Of a DNA stretch of 64,000 nt, positions 24,153 through 36,769 are shown one piece after another. This DNA is from Paragordius varius (taxonomy: Eukaryota; Animalia; Nematomorpha), in contig OZ176056.1 of assembly GCA_964247055.1 (NCBI GenBank), positions 1,488,001-1,552,000 of the forward strand, in the 5' to 3' direction. Position 1 is the stretch's first letter. Each line of letters begins with the position of its first letter. The notes beneath the pieces were generated by a model, which was not told where the DNA came from, searched no databases, and saw nothing but the letters and a program-made list of their open reading frames with translations. The position numbers were made by a program, and so were the translations under genes.

Positions 24153-26616
24153 AAACAAAACTTAATTTATGCAAAAAAGACTGACACATTAAAATAACCC
24201 ATTTGGAAATAGAGACATTTCTATTTTTATCTTTGTCAAATGTGCTCTTAGAAATAATATTTCTAAGAAAAATTATATGAAATTTAGATTTTGAATAGCT
24301 CATAAAATTAAATATAAACAAATTACCTTACGAACATATTCGGATATCATATTCCCAATTAAGGCAAACAGATTGAAGTTAAGGAAAGTGATGATGGGTT
24401 GATAATATTTTTCTAAAAAATAAAATTTAAACTATTAAAGCTTAAAAACTAATATATTTAAAAGGACAATTTTTGTATTTATATTATTTTAAACCATTTG
24501 TTTTGGGGCTTCAAAAAAGGAAATAGAGATGTAGATTGGCAAAACACTTAATTACATATTTTTACAAATAAATTATTTAGATATAGATGAAGAAATAAAA
24601 AAATTTTCTCACATAAAAAGATATTTTTTGTATGCATTTACATTTTAATTTATATCAAAACTCAATATAATATAGAAACCAAAATGATTTATAATTCTTA
24701 AAATTCAATGAAAAATTAATCCTAAAAAATACCTGATATAAAAAAGTTAGGATCACTCCTATGTATGTTTGCTTGTATGGCAGGAAATATGGTTAAGGTT
24801 ACGAAAAAGCTAAAAAATACTCCAAAACATTGAACCCAAATCTATTAATATAATATGAATAAATTTGAATTTTATTCAAAAGGCTATTAATTTGAAATTT
24901 GCATAAAAACAACCATTTAAATTAATGACCTTGAGAGTTTGCTTGTGATTAATATATAATTAATGACAAAAATATAATATTTTGACCTATCAAAAATATT
25001 TATATGGTCTTAATCGAGTTTTAAATGGCCTGGTATTATTTTATTGGCACAAATCCAATAATTTATGGTAGACTAATTATCATGCAATAAAAATAGATTA
25101 TCATCTATTAATACATCACATTTCTTTATAGCCTAAGGCCAAATGTTATATATAAACACACATGGATTGTGTTTAATAATGAGCTTATAAAAATAGACTA
25201 TAGCACATTTTTTCTCACGATATAATTACGAGAAATAAAATGGTAAAAAATGCGTAATATATTTTCAAAATTTCCTAATTTCTAAGAACGGTCGGTCGGT
25301 ATATCCAATTTTTAAAATAATCAAAGAGGAAATGGAGTCATATTATATAAAAAAATTTGTATAAATTATATTGAATTTACCTTTTTAAAAACTGAAATAT
25401 AATCGTCTCGCGAGTATTTGGCACGTTTTGTAGTTTTGAGTGTGGCATCAACACCTTGTTCTAATAATTCTTTAGCCAAAGGTTCAGTCTTCAAATGGTG
25501 TCGATAAAATCGCTAGAATATTTATATAAAAATTGCAAATATGGAAAAAAAATTTCCTTGAATAAAAATGGCCATAACCAAAAGCAATCGTAAAAATTTA
25601 AAAAACATAGAGACAAAACATAAAATGTGACACTTAATATTAGTTTAAAAACCAACCCTAATTTACCCAATTTAACCCATGTTGTATTTGGATTTAAAAT
25701 AAAAGAAGTATATTGATCAAACACACAATTTAATATTTCGCATTTTGTAATCTCCTAAATATATTGGTTTAAAATTTGGACGTAAAAAATGATATTTCTT
25801 TTTAAAAAAAGTTACCGTTAAAGGCAAAGCAAAATACGAATCAAAGCAGACGAGTAAGATAAGTTGTGCAGCTATGAAATACCATATGGCAGCGAGTCGT
25901 GGGTTTGGCGAAACAGCAATTACAAGAATATTAACGAGAGCCACAATAGTTCCACACAAATTATTTCCAATAACGACGGCATTTGTGTAACTCATGGGTA
26001 AACTCCCAACTAAACCATAGATTGAATTTTGATACAATCCAGTGGCACTGTTCATAACAACAACCGTAATCATGGTGAGAACAAAAAATATTTTGGGCCA
26101 TCCTGAAGTGTTAGCAATGGCTAAAATAACGGTAAAAATGCACATAAAAACATTGATAAGGATTGATATAGGTATCCGCGGGTGTGTTTGATAATTCAAA
26201 TTGCTATCTTTATTCCGTGAATCGCCAAATTGAATGAATAAGTTTACGGCATTTAAGATGACATTGGGGATTTGCGACGCAATACCCAAATAATTCAAAA
26301 AATTGTCTCGGTACTCAGTGGTACCAGTAACATTTGGGCTTAGTTTGAAATCAACAAAATACTATCTAATTAAAAAATAAAAATATACTGAATTCGCATT
26401 GATAAATACATTCCATGGAATAAGAATCCCAATACCATGTATAATCATTATAATATACACCAAATTAAACCTAGCCAATTTTACAAATTTTTACTTATCA
26501 CGCGGTGCATAGTCCGTACTAAACTGCCCTTTTTCACTGTCGATCTCTAATTTTGAGTTATCTTGATTGTCAGAGTATTGGGAGTTATCTACAAGAGATT
26601 CATTGTGTTTTTCCAT
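21995..26616 (-). CDS. Equilibrative nucleoside transporter (SLC29/ENT family), 468 aa, 11 TM
   Basis: Exons 26616-26495, 26470-26389, 26361-25816, 25512-25381, 24841-24733, 24412-24327, 22745-22549, 22127-21995 (1407 nt, in frame). Family motifs: PRDKFNLVYII..HGIGILIPWNVFINA, YFVDFKL, GLYQNSIYGL, YTNAVVIGNNLCG, FFVTLTIFPA, FNLFALIG, TSGYFSSLTMMYAPK, AGMMAALFLILG. Confidence 0.95.
26362..26388 (-). other. 27-nt intron (GTATATTTTTATTTTTTAATTAGATAG)
   Basis: It contains an in-frame TAG; removing it joins ...INANS to YFVDFKL as in ENT homologues. Confidence 0.85.
26471..26494 (-). other. 24-nt intron (GTAAAAATTTGTAAAATTGGCTAG)
   Basis: Retention gives an in-frame TAA; removing it joins APRD-K-FNLVY, the conserved pre-TM1 motif. 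Confidence 0.85.
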
Positions 26617-26754
26617 AACTTTCAATATTAGGCGCGGGTTCGATTTTAGGGTGTGTAAAATCTTTAAAGTGTATCACATGATACAAACCACAAAATAATT
26701 ATTTTGGTTTACAAATTTTTCCGAACTTTATTTAATCTATATCGAAAAAATCAC

Positions 26755-26789
<35 letters not shown>

Positions 26790-26814
26790 GTATTGTTAAG
26801 TTTTACAAGCGAAT

Positions 26815-27260
26815 ATTAACATTTCATTACCTTTTCTTTTTTTGTCCTAGTTTACATATTGGGGTAGTTTTGTCCAGAGTTTAATTTTGTTATAATATTT
26901 TTAAAATCTAATCAGTTATTGTTCTCATGCATAAAATTTTATTTTGGTTTTGGGACTTTTAGAATTTAAAATTGAAACAGCTCCAAAATACAATTGAAAT
27001 ATATTAGGTTTTTGCTGGTATTAGCCTAAATTCTTAAAAATAAATTACACCTAATTATACTATGCCTATATGCCTGTGTTTCGATGATAAAATTTATAAA
27101 ATGCCGGACAAAATAATTTGACATGATGTTTTTTAAAATTTTACATTTTTTAAAGATTAAAGAAAGCATCAATTCGGATTAATACCTTTAATGAGAAATT
27201 CCAAATCGCTCTAAAATATAAAAATACCCCAAAAGCTGGAGTGCTAAAATGTTTCAAAAT
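26815..27260. repeat. Dispersed ~450-bp repeat family; other copies at about 56295-56790 and 61465-61935
   Basis: Shared start CCTTTTCACTTTTTT..CCTAGTTTAC and shared end AAAA.TAC.CCAAA.G...TGGAG.G. Confidence 0.5.
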
Positions 27261-27704
27261 AATTTATATGCTGTTTTGAATAAAATATTTTAGAAATATA
27301 GTTTTAACAAAATCGATAACAATATCTTTTATCCAAAATATACAACCTGGAGGATTTAATTAAAAAAAATTACACACGCCCAAAAATAATATTATTTAAT
27401 ATATTTATTATCAGGATTACCCAAAACACCGAAACCAAAATTAGCATTATACTAAATATAATATTATCCTGAATGCTAGTCACTTATATTTAAAAATGTT
27501 TAGGTAAGGTATACTTTACTATGCGTCAACTTCAAACACATAGGATTTCGCAAGAGCTTAGTTTTTATGAACGCAAAAGAGCCGATATGTAATAATAAAT
27601 TAAACGATATTTACGCATTGCACATTAAATACATTTTGAAGAATGCATTTTCTGAGGGAAAAATACATTAGACTTCGTGGTCCTTTTGGTTTTTTGTTAT
27701 TTAA

Positions 27705-28284
27705 CACTTCGATTCAAATTGGGGTAGCTAAATACCCCAGAGTAAATTTGAGTTAGGATTTTTAAAATATTACTGAAGGAAACGGTCCCAATTTAAATTT
27801 ATGCTTTAATCCTAAAAATTATATAAATATGCCAAAATATCTAAATAAAATTTTGTTTCGAAAAAAAAGTTCCATGTCAAACTACTTCGACACCATTTTT
27901 ATTTTACAAAATTTTTGCAAAATATGGTCTCCATTTAACTTGAAGGTTATAATTAAAGCTTTTTTTTTATTGAAATTACATCTAACATTTTATAGAAATA
28001 GAAAAAGCTGTTTATTTTGTATTATTTTTCAATTTTACCATTTCACACATGTCACGTTGACTAAACTTTTACCTTTCGGTTTTAGCTTTAAATAAGTAAT
28101 ATCAAATATTTTTGAATAAATTTTTTTATATACTTCGGTTTATTAATGTTATATAAGTGCAAGATTTTGCCATGGTTTCGATTCCTTCCATATTTTTTAT
28201 AGAATTTAATTTTAAACAGGCCTGGGGTATTTAACTACCCCAATTTGAATCGAAGGACAAAAATGAATGTGTTGTATCCAAGTG
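27705..28284 (+). mobile_element. piggyBac-like MITE copy
   Basis: TTAA-CACTTCGATTC...GTATCCAAGTG-TTAA; the interior is homologous to 15917-16497. Confidence 0.8.
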
Positions 28285-29292
28285 TTAATAAAGTCATTGC
28301 CATTTAAGTGGTTACTTTTAAGATAAATCGCCAAATTAGTGAATATTTGCTAAAAATATCTTTTGATGAAGACTTGATACTCTCTTACAAAATTATAAAA
28401 TATATAAACTAAATTTTAAAAACCCAACGATATTTATATCAATATTAAAATTGTTAACGCATGATCCGAAATATATAAACCGCTCTAGTAAGGTAGTTTT
28501 TTAATAAAGTGCCGAGATTGCGCCTCCCTGTATTATGGATTATAACATTAAAAACATTTTTTTGAATACATTCATATGCTTTAAATGCAATTTTAGCAAA
28601 ATAGCCTAGCTCATGGTATTTTGCATGGTGGAAATGGTATAAAAGCGATTAAAGATGTCATAAAGACACTTTTTTATATAGCGATGATGCTTAACATTCT
28701 CCTCAGTTTTTTAATAAAAAATTTGTTGGTTTCCCAGTTTGAGAAGTTAATACTTGGTACAAAAAAGAATACCATAACACACCACGAGATTTTATATCAT
28801 CTATTAATAAGTGAATGACTTTATCAGTGGCGGGCCTATGAATGAGTCCCCAGAAGGATTTAATGTTGGCCCCCCATACTCCCACAAATATCCATATAAT
28901 ACTCTATATTGTTCGTTTGGTTATGCCGTAAGTTTTGTGTAAAATCATACCAATTTGTTTTTAGTTATCTTTTCACCGAGCGCATTACTTAAATTCGTTT
29001 AGATATTTTTGTTTTAAAGATGATAACACTTGCAGAACTGTCATCCTGAATCTAGTTTATTTTTAAATATCATGGTTAGTACCCATTCGCTCAACCTAAT
29101 CGACGCCTATTTAATCTTAGAACGATCATTTTTGAAAAGTTGAAATAACTTAAGAGCATGATAATTGAAAAAGGATTGAGGAATATATTGTATGGGCGCA
29201 AATGGCGGATTAATGGAAGAAAATGGAGAATATGATTTTAAATATGATTATTGATTTTAATAAATGTCATTTATGCAGAGATTTAGTATTAA

Positions 29293-29845
29293 CACTTGGT
29301 AACAACACATTTATTAGTCCTTCGATTCAAATTGGGGTACTTGGATACCCCAGGCCTGTTTAAAATTAAATATGTTAAAAAATATGGGAGGAATCGAAAC
29401 CATGGCAAATTTTGCACCCAAAATCGAAATATGTAAAAAAATTTATTCAAAAATACCTGATATTACTTATTTTAATGTAAAATGCAAAGGTAAAAATTTA
29501 GTTGACGTGACATATGTGAATTGTCCAAATTGATATATAAATAATACAAAATAAACCACTTTTCTATTTCTATCAATGTTAAATATAATTTAAATAAAAA
29601 ATTATCTTTGATTTTAACACGATATTTTGCAAAAATTTTGCAAAATAAAAATGCCTTCGTAGTAGTTTGACATGGATTTTTTTTACAAAAAAAATTTTAT
29701 TTAGATATTTTGGCTCTTTTCTATAATTTTTATTAGGATAGATGCATAAATTTAAATTTGGGACCGTTTCCATCAGTATTTTTTATAAAAATTCTAACTT
29801 AAATTTAGTCTAGGGTAAATAGATACCCCAATTTGAATCGAAGTG
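29293..29845 (-). mobile_element. piggyBac-like MITE copy (reverse orientation)
   Basis: TTAA-CACTTGGTAAC...AATCGAAGTG-TTAA. Confidence 0.8.
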
Positions 29846-31007
29846 TTAACTCATCCTGATGTAAAAGCTATATGGCATGGTAAAAATTTTCACAGACAAA
29901 CTAGGTCAAAAATTATATAGATTATTTTATAATTATTTGGGTTATAGTATTTAATTTATAAAGAAAATCTTTGAAAAAGCTTTTGGTTTGTTTTTATAAT
30001 AAAAAATTATCAATATAATTTTACCTAGTGGATTATAAATGCATAATTGTAACTGTAAATTTATTACACAATAGCTATAACCGATCAAGACTTTAAACCG
30101 TATTTTTAATCTTTAAAATTTGGAAATTATAAGCTTTCTAACGAAAACAATTATTATTAATATAATGGTATATTTTTAGAAAAACCAAAAAATTAAAAAT
30201 GGCTTTTTGGAAGGACATAAAAGCAAAGCAATGAATTAGTCTTTTAAAAAACTTTCCTATGTTGTCTTTTTTGGATGATCATTGGCATCTACACAAAGTT
30301 GGAGCTAATTAGAAAAACAAATTAATTAAGATTCGCTGGTTTATCGCTTCCTCTGTCCAATATTAACTATCGATGTAAAACATATTAGTATGCATTTTAT
30401 AGGGTGTCCAATACTCTTTCAAATGATTGATTACAAATGGGCATTAGTTGTATATTTTATAATAAAACCATTTTTTAGTAAAATTTTAATAAAGAGGGCG
30501 CATAATTATATAAAACAAATTACGCAAATTCTTAGGTGAAATTATAATTTTTACTTCAGATTTATTGTTAAACTTATAGTAATTATTAGAAAATGCAAAA
30601 AACTCGAGTGGCAAAATATTTGTTGACTAGTGTTATAATAAAAAAAATTCCCAAACCAAGGAGTGTAGCTCAATATTATATTCAAAATTTTTATTTCTAT
30701 AATGATTATTTTTGATTGTTGCAATATTTTATATGTTATGCTTAATTTTTCATATTACAATCATTCACAAACAAGGTAGTTGAAATTGACGATAAATTAT
30801 ACCAATAGGCAAGATTTAATAATCATTATTTAAATTCAGAACAAATAAAAAATGAAATCGGTTATAGCTTTTGTTAAGTCCGCGCATATTTTTTAAAAAT
30901 TGGATAGAAAAATCTATACTAACCGAAATCAACTAGCTGTATCAGAAAAAAGCCCGAACCCCAGAAAATATAATTTGTAAAAATAAAGAATGACAAACTA
31001 ACGGAAA

Positions 31008-31463
31008 ATGTTCAAAACCATAATATATCAATTTTCCTCATCACTAATATATCTCGTCTTAACCGTTATACCCAATTTAGGGAGCAAAGAAATTGATTTG
31101 ACTTCCATTAACCACACATTTAAAAATGAGTTGACAAATTTAGCGGTACAAAAATCTCTGGAATCCGATTACCTGGGTTATGCCCTGAAAAATACATCCT
31201 CAACTGCCCAATCACAAATTTTGGGTAATGGTTTAGTTTTTAACGATGATTTTGTTAGCCAGAATGCAGAAAATGTTTCACATGCATTGTATGCAGATAA
31301 TATTTATATACAAGAGCATATGTTAAATGTGGAACACTGGATAATTGGAACTATAGTCTTGTATGCAATCTTAATAGCGTTACTTTTACTAATTCTCATG
31401 CATATAGCTATTAATTATCGAATTGAAACGCGTTTTCACAACTATAGTTACACTAGATGCTGA
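31008..31463 (+). CDS. Single-exon orphan protein, predicted signal peptide plus one C-terminal TM helix (151 aa)
   Basis: A 456-nt ORF in very AT-rich DNA with a hydrophobic N-terminus, N-glycosylation sequons NHT, NTS and NVS, TM WIIGTIVLYAILIALLLLILMHIAI and a short tail. A minimal uORF (ATG ACA AAC TAA) lies at 30990-31001. Confidence 0.7.
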   Translation: MFKTIIYQFSSSLIYLVLTVIPNLGSKEIDLTSINHTFKNELTNLAVQKSLESDYLGYALKNTSSTAQSQILGNGLVFNDDFVSQNAENVSHALYADNIYIQEHMLNVEHWIIGTIVLYAILIALLLLILMHIAINYRIETRFHNYSYTRC

Positions 31464-32233
31464 AACCAAATCAATAAATTTAGGATAAATTTAAATCATC
31501 CATTTGTTAGACAAGAAAAATAAAAAATTTTAATTTTTACATATTTGTATAGCAAAAAATTTGATATTTTACACATATTTTTTTTGAATATCTGTTTTTT
31601 AAATATAACTCATAATTTGATGTGATGGCACTTAATAGAGATGAATTGGCCTACATTTAATTAAATCAAATGTAATCTAATATAGTTTATGTGAGAAAGA
31701 AACAATAAGATTTAATGAAAGTATAATTATCTATTTTTTAAAAAAATTATTTTTTCAATAATTTTACATTCTGTCTGGATATTTACATTTTTACGGCATA
31801 TGTAAAAAAATAATAATTGGCTTTAAAAAACCACATCCAAAAATATTCTTTTTCGCGGATATTAGTGATAAAGACAGTGAACAGAATTCCCACAAAATAA
31901 CTTTACAGTAATTGATTAAAATATTAGAGTTGGGTTTAAGCAACATTAATACTATAAGATGATATATTTTAGAGTAGTAGCGGGTTAATAAAAAATGAAT
32001 TGAAAATTTATGCCGTAAGGGAATAAAAATATTTATTCACTGTTGAGTCCATATGTTTTGAATAGGTTTTATAAAAAATATGCTGTAAAGCTGGCTATTT
32101 TTATATGGTGTCGTAATTAAATTCGAATGTTGCCCTAACCATGAGGCAAATAAAGAACCTGACCCGCATTTGTAGCTTATTGGAAAATATTTAAAACATG
32201 CTTTAAATATATATACATATATATATATATATA

Positions 32234-35200
32234 TACCATTTTTCATGCAAAAACATCATTTTTTCAACCAAATGCAACATTTTTTCAACCAAACACAACA
32301 TTTTTTCAACCAAACACAACATTTTTTCGAGCAAACGCAACATTTTTTCAAGCAAACGCAACATATTTTCAAGTAAACGCAACATTTTTTCAACCAAAGA
32401 CAACATTTTTTCAAGCAAAAACAACATTTTTTCAACCAACGACAACATTTTTTCAAGCAAAAACAACAATTTTTTTAAAATAAAAAACCATTTATTTATT
32501 TTATGACATATTAAATTTAAAGTTAATGTAAATTAATTTTAGCGTAGAATTATGATTTTTATTGTTTTATCATAAATATTTGATGGTACATTTTAATTTA
32601 GCCCATAAATTGCATTATTTATTTATATTAATTATTATTTTCTTTTACAATTTAAGTTTCTCCTAATCAATCTATACTGCGCTTCAAGATTGTTCTTTTA
32701 CATTTAAACTTAGTCCTATAACACTTCAAGTTGAACCTTCAATATTTAATTTTTATTCTAACGTTTATTTATGAGGCAATAAAATATTCATTATTTAATC
32801 ATTTAAACCTATTTTTTTATTAACCTAAACCTTTAAGTGAATACATTTCTTTCATAAGAACTGTAAATCCTTATTGTATAAATTAATATTAAAAAATATC
32901 TATGCTTTGTGGGTTATTGATGGTAATATTTAGTTTAAAACAATAATAAATTTATAATATTGATAAATTTAATAAAATTTTCAAACAAAGTTGTTTTACT
33001 ATAATAATATTAATTTTGATTCAAAAACTAATAAATAGAGATATTAGTTTAAATTTAAAAAATAGATAATTACACACAAAAATAACGGTTGTATGGAAAC
33101 TGCTAAAATGTAAGGAATTTTAAGCGAAGGATAACTTTAAATTTTTAAAGAGAGTCTTAAAGTGCAAATTGTATTGATTGATAAAAAAAATATTTATAAA
33201 TAAATAATGCAATTTATGGGCTAAATAAAAATGTAAATCAATCATACCATCAAATATTGATGATAAAACAATAAAAATCATAATTCTAGTTAATTTACAT
33301 TAACTTTAAATTTATGTCTTAAAATAAAAAAAATGGTTTTTTATTTTAAAAAAAATTGTTGCATTTGCTTGAAAAAATGTTGTCGTTGGTTGAAAAAATG
33401 TTGCCTTTGGTTGAAAAAATGTTGCGTTTGCTCAAAAAAATGTTGCCTTTGCTTGAAAAAATGTTGCGTTTGCTTGAAAAAATGTTGAGTTTGGTTGAAA
33501 AAATGTTGCATTTGGTTGAAAAAATGATGTTTTTGCATGAAAAATGGTATACATATATATATATATATATATATTTTTATCAATCAATACAATTTGCGCT
33601 TTAAGACTCTCTTTAAAAATTTAAAGTTATCCTTCACTTAAGATTCCTTACATTTTTTGCAGTTTCCATACAACCCTTATTTTTGTATATAATAATCTAA
33701 TTGTTTAAATTTAAAATAATATCTCTATTGATTAGTTTTTGAATCATAATTAATATTTTTATAGTAAAACAACTTTATTTGTTTCGAGGTAATTTTCTTT
33801 AATATATTAATATTATAAATTTATTATTGTTTTAAACTAAATATTACGATCAATAACACACAAATAGATATTTAATATAGTTAATTAATAGAAAATAATA
33901 AGGATAACGGTTCTTATAAAATTAAAGATTTAAGTTATAAAAAAAAATAGGTTTAAAATGATTGAATAATGAATATTTTATTGCTTCATTAATAAACGTT
34001 AAATCAAAATTAAAATTTTGAAGGACCAAATTAAAGTGTTCTAGGACCAACTTTAAATTTACAAGAACAATCTTGAAGCGCAGTATAGATTGATTAGGTG
34101 AAACTTAAGTTGTAAAAGAAAAAAAATAATTAATATAAATAAATAATGCAATTTATGGGCTGAATTATAATGTTTAAAAATCAATTATACCTCAAATATT
34201 TATGATATAACAATAAAAATCATAATTCTAGGCTAAAATTAATTTACATTAACATCAAATTAATATGTCGTAAAATAAAAAAAAGGTGTTTTATTTTAAA
34301 AAATTGTTGTCTTTGCTTGAAAAAATGTTGTCTTTGGTTGAAAAAATGTTGCATTTGGATGAAAAAATGTTGTCTTTGGTTGAAAAAATGTTGCGTTTGC
34401 TTGAAAATATGTTGCGTTTGCTCGAAAAACTGTTGTCTTTGCTTGAAAAAATGTTGCGTTTGGTTAAAAAAATGTTGCATTTGGATGAAAAAATGTTGTC
34501 TTTGGTTGAAAAAATGTTGCGTTTGCTTGAAAATATGTTGCGTTTGCTCGAAAAACTGTTGTCTTTGCTTGAAAAAATGTTGCGTTTGGTTAAAAAAATG
34601 TTGCATTTGGATGAAAAAATGTTGTCTTTGGTTAAAAAAATGTGCGTTTGCTTGAAAATATGTTGCGTTTGCTCGAAAAACTGTTGTCTTTGCTTGAAAA
34701 AATGTTGCGTTTGGTTAAAAAAATGTTGCATTTGGATGAAAAAATGTTGTCTTTGGTTGAAAAAATGTTGCGTTTGCTTGAAAATATGTTGCGTTTGCTC
34801 GAAAAACTGTTGTCTTTGCTTGAAAAAATGTTGCGTTTGGTTAAAAAAATGTTGCATTTGGATGAAAAAATGTTGTCTTTGGTTGAAAAAATGTTGCGTT
34901 TGCTTGAAAATATGTTGCGTTTGCTCGAAAAACTGTTGTCTTTGCTTGAAAAAATGTTGCGTTTGGTTAAAAAAATGTTGCATTTGGTTGAAAAAATGAT
35001 GTTTTTGTATTTTTCAACCAAACGCGCCATTTTTTCAAGCAAACGCAACATTTTTTCAAGCAAAGGCAACATTTTTTCAAGCAAAGACAACATTTTTTCA
35101 ACCAAATACAACATTTTTTCATCCAAACGCAACATTTTTTCAAGCAAAGACAACATTTTTTCAAGCAAAAACAACACTTTTTTAATATTACAAAGAATTA

Positions 35201-36406
35201 CTATTTATTGTATGACAATTTAATTATAAATTATTTATTTAATTTTAAGTTAATGTAATTTATTTTTAGCGTTGAATTGATTTTTATCGTTTTATCATCA
35301 TTTGATGGTAAATTAATGGATTTTCAAACATTTTGATTTTGCCCAATTGCCTTATTTATTTATATTAATTATATTTTTCTTTTACAACTTTAGTTTCGCC
35401 TATAATGATTTTATATAATTTGCACTTCAAGAGTTTTTTTGAAAGTTTAAAGTTGTCTTTCACTTCAAGTTGCTTTTACTTTTTTATTTTGTTTTTAACT
35501 TTTATCAATTAAATCGAAAATGATTTATCTGTTTTATTGTTTTTAACCTATTTTCTATTATTTAACATAAATTTTAAATCGATATCAACTTTTAATCTTT
35601 GAGAAACCGCATATTAATTTCTTAAAATAATTTTAGATTATAAGATTTTATTACGAAATGAAAAAATATATGAGTTTTCTGGGTTATTAATTGAAATTTT
35701 TCATAAAAAACATTAAAAGTTTATAATTTTGTTCAATTAAAAAAATATTCTGAAACAAAAATGTTTTTCAATAATTTTTTTATTTTTAAATGGATAAATA
35801 TATGATAAATAAAGAAAATTAGGTTAATAAATAATAAAAAAAAATAAATGCAAAAATTAGGGTAAAACAAAATTTAAAATTTTAAGGACCAACTAGAAGT
35901 GTTCAAGGACAACTTTAAATTTTCAAAGACACTCTTGAAGTGCAAATTATATAAAATGATTATGGTGAAACTAAAGTTGTAAAAGAAAAATATAATTAAT
36001 ATAAATAAATAAGTTAATTGGGCAAAATCAAAATGTTTAAAAATCAATTAATTTACCATCAAATATTGATGATAAAACGATAAAAATCATAATTCAACGC
36101 TAAAAATAAATACATTAACTTAAAATTAAATAAATAATTTATAATTAAATTGTCATACAATAAATAGTAATTCTTTGTAATATTAAAAAAAGTGTTGTTT
36201 TTGCTTGAAAAAATGTTGTCTTTGCTTGAAAAAATGTTGCGTTTGGATGAAAAAATAGGGTATTTGCTTGAAAAAATGTTCCGTTTGCTTGAAAAAATGT
36301 TGCGTTTGCTTGAAAAAATGTTGCCTTTGCTTGAAGAAATGTTGCGTTTGCTTGAAAAAATGGTGCGTTTGGTTGAAAAAATGATGTTTTTGCATGAAAA
36401 ATGGTA
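32234..36406. mobile_element. Nested foldback complex with TACCATTT/AAATGGTA termini and 21-bp (AAAAAATGTTGCGTTTGCTTG-type) arrays
   Basis: Arrays at 32234-32470 (-), 33350-33549 (+), 34295-35008 (+), 35009-35175 (-) and 36195-36406 (+). 32234-32640 is inverted against 33190-33549, 32470-33185 against 33575-34290, and 35170-35420 against 35930-36190. The termini abut (TA)n tracts. Confidence 0.8.
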
Positions 36407-36769
36407 TATATCTTCCAACTTTTATCGCCATTTTAATTTTTAGAGTGGGTCTTTACCCTGGTTAGTTTGATAAAAGAACTGAATTAAATTTATTGTTTCA
36501 TGAGTAAAATGCAAAGTTGATTGAATGATTTATTTTTAGAAAATTAGTTTTATTGAAAGGGAGCTTACGAGGAGAGCGGATTAAAATAGGGGCTAATTCA
36601 ATGGCTAGACCAGCGCTTTCATATATCGTTTATATGATTTAAACTAAAATAGGGGTCCTCCTATTACAGTTGACTGAAACTATATAGGCAAATAAAAATA
36701 TAAAGACACATATTTTTTTCAAAAGACAACCATTTAACCTTAATTTATATATTTATAAAAATAGAAAAT

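Noticed and set aside
25491-25815. ORF 25491..25724 and the C-terminal extension of ORF 25717..26298
   Set aside because: ENT homology (LPLT|RFYRHH) places the intron at 25815-25513, so these frames are intronic or off-frame.
32234-35175. CRISPR-like regular repeats
   Set aside because: Contiguous units without unique spacers, a eukaryotic context and no cas genes.
32203-36443. Long Leu/Lys/Cys/Gln-rich ORFs (e.g. 34286..34999, 34642..35223)
   Set aside because: Products of a stop-poor 21-bp tandem repeat that is open in several frames on both strands.
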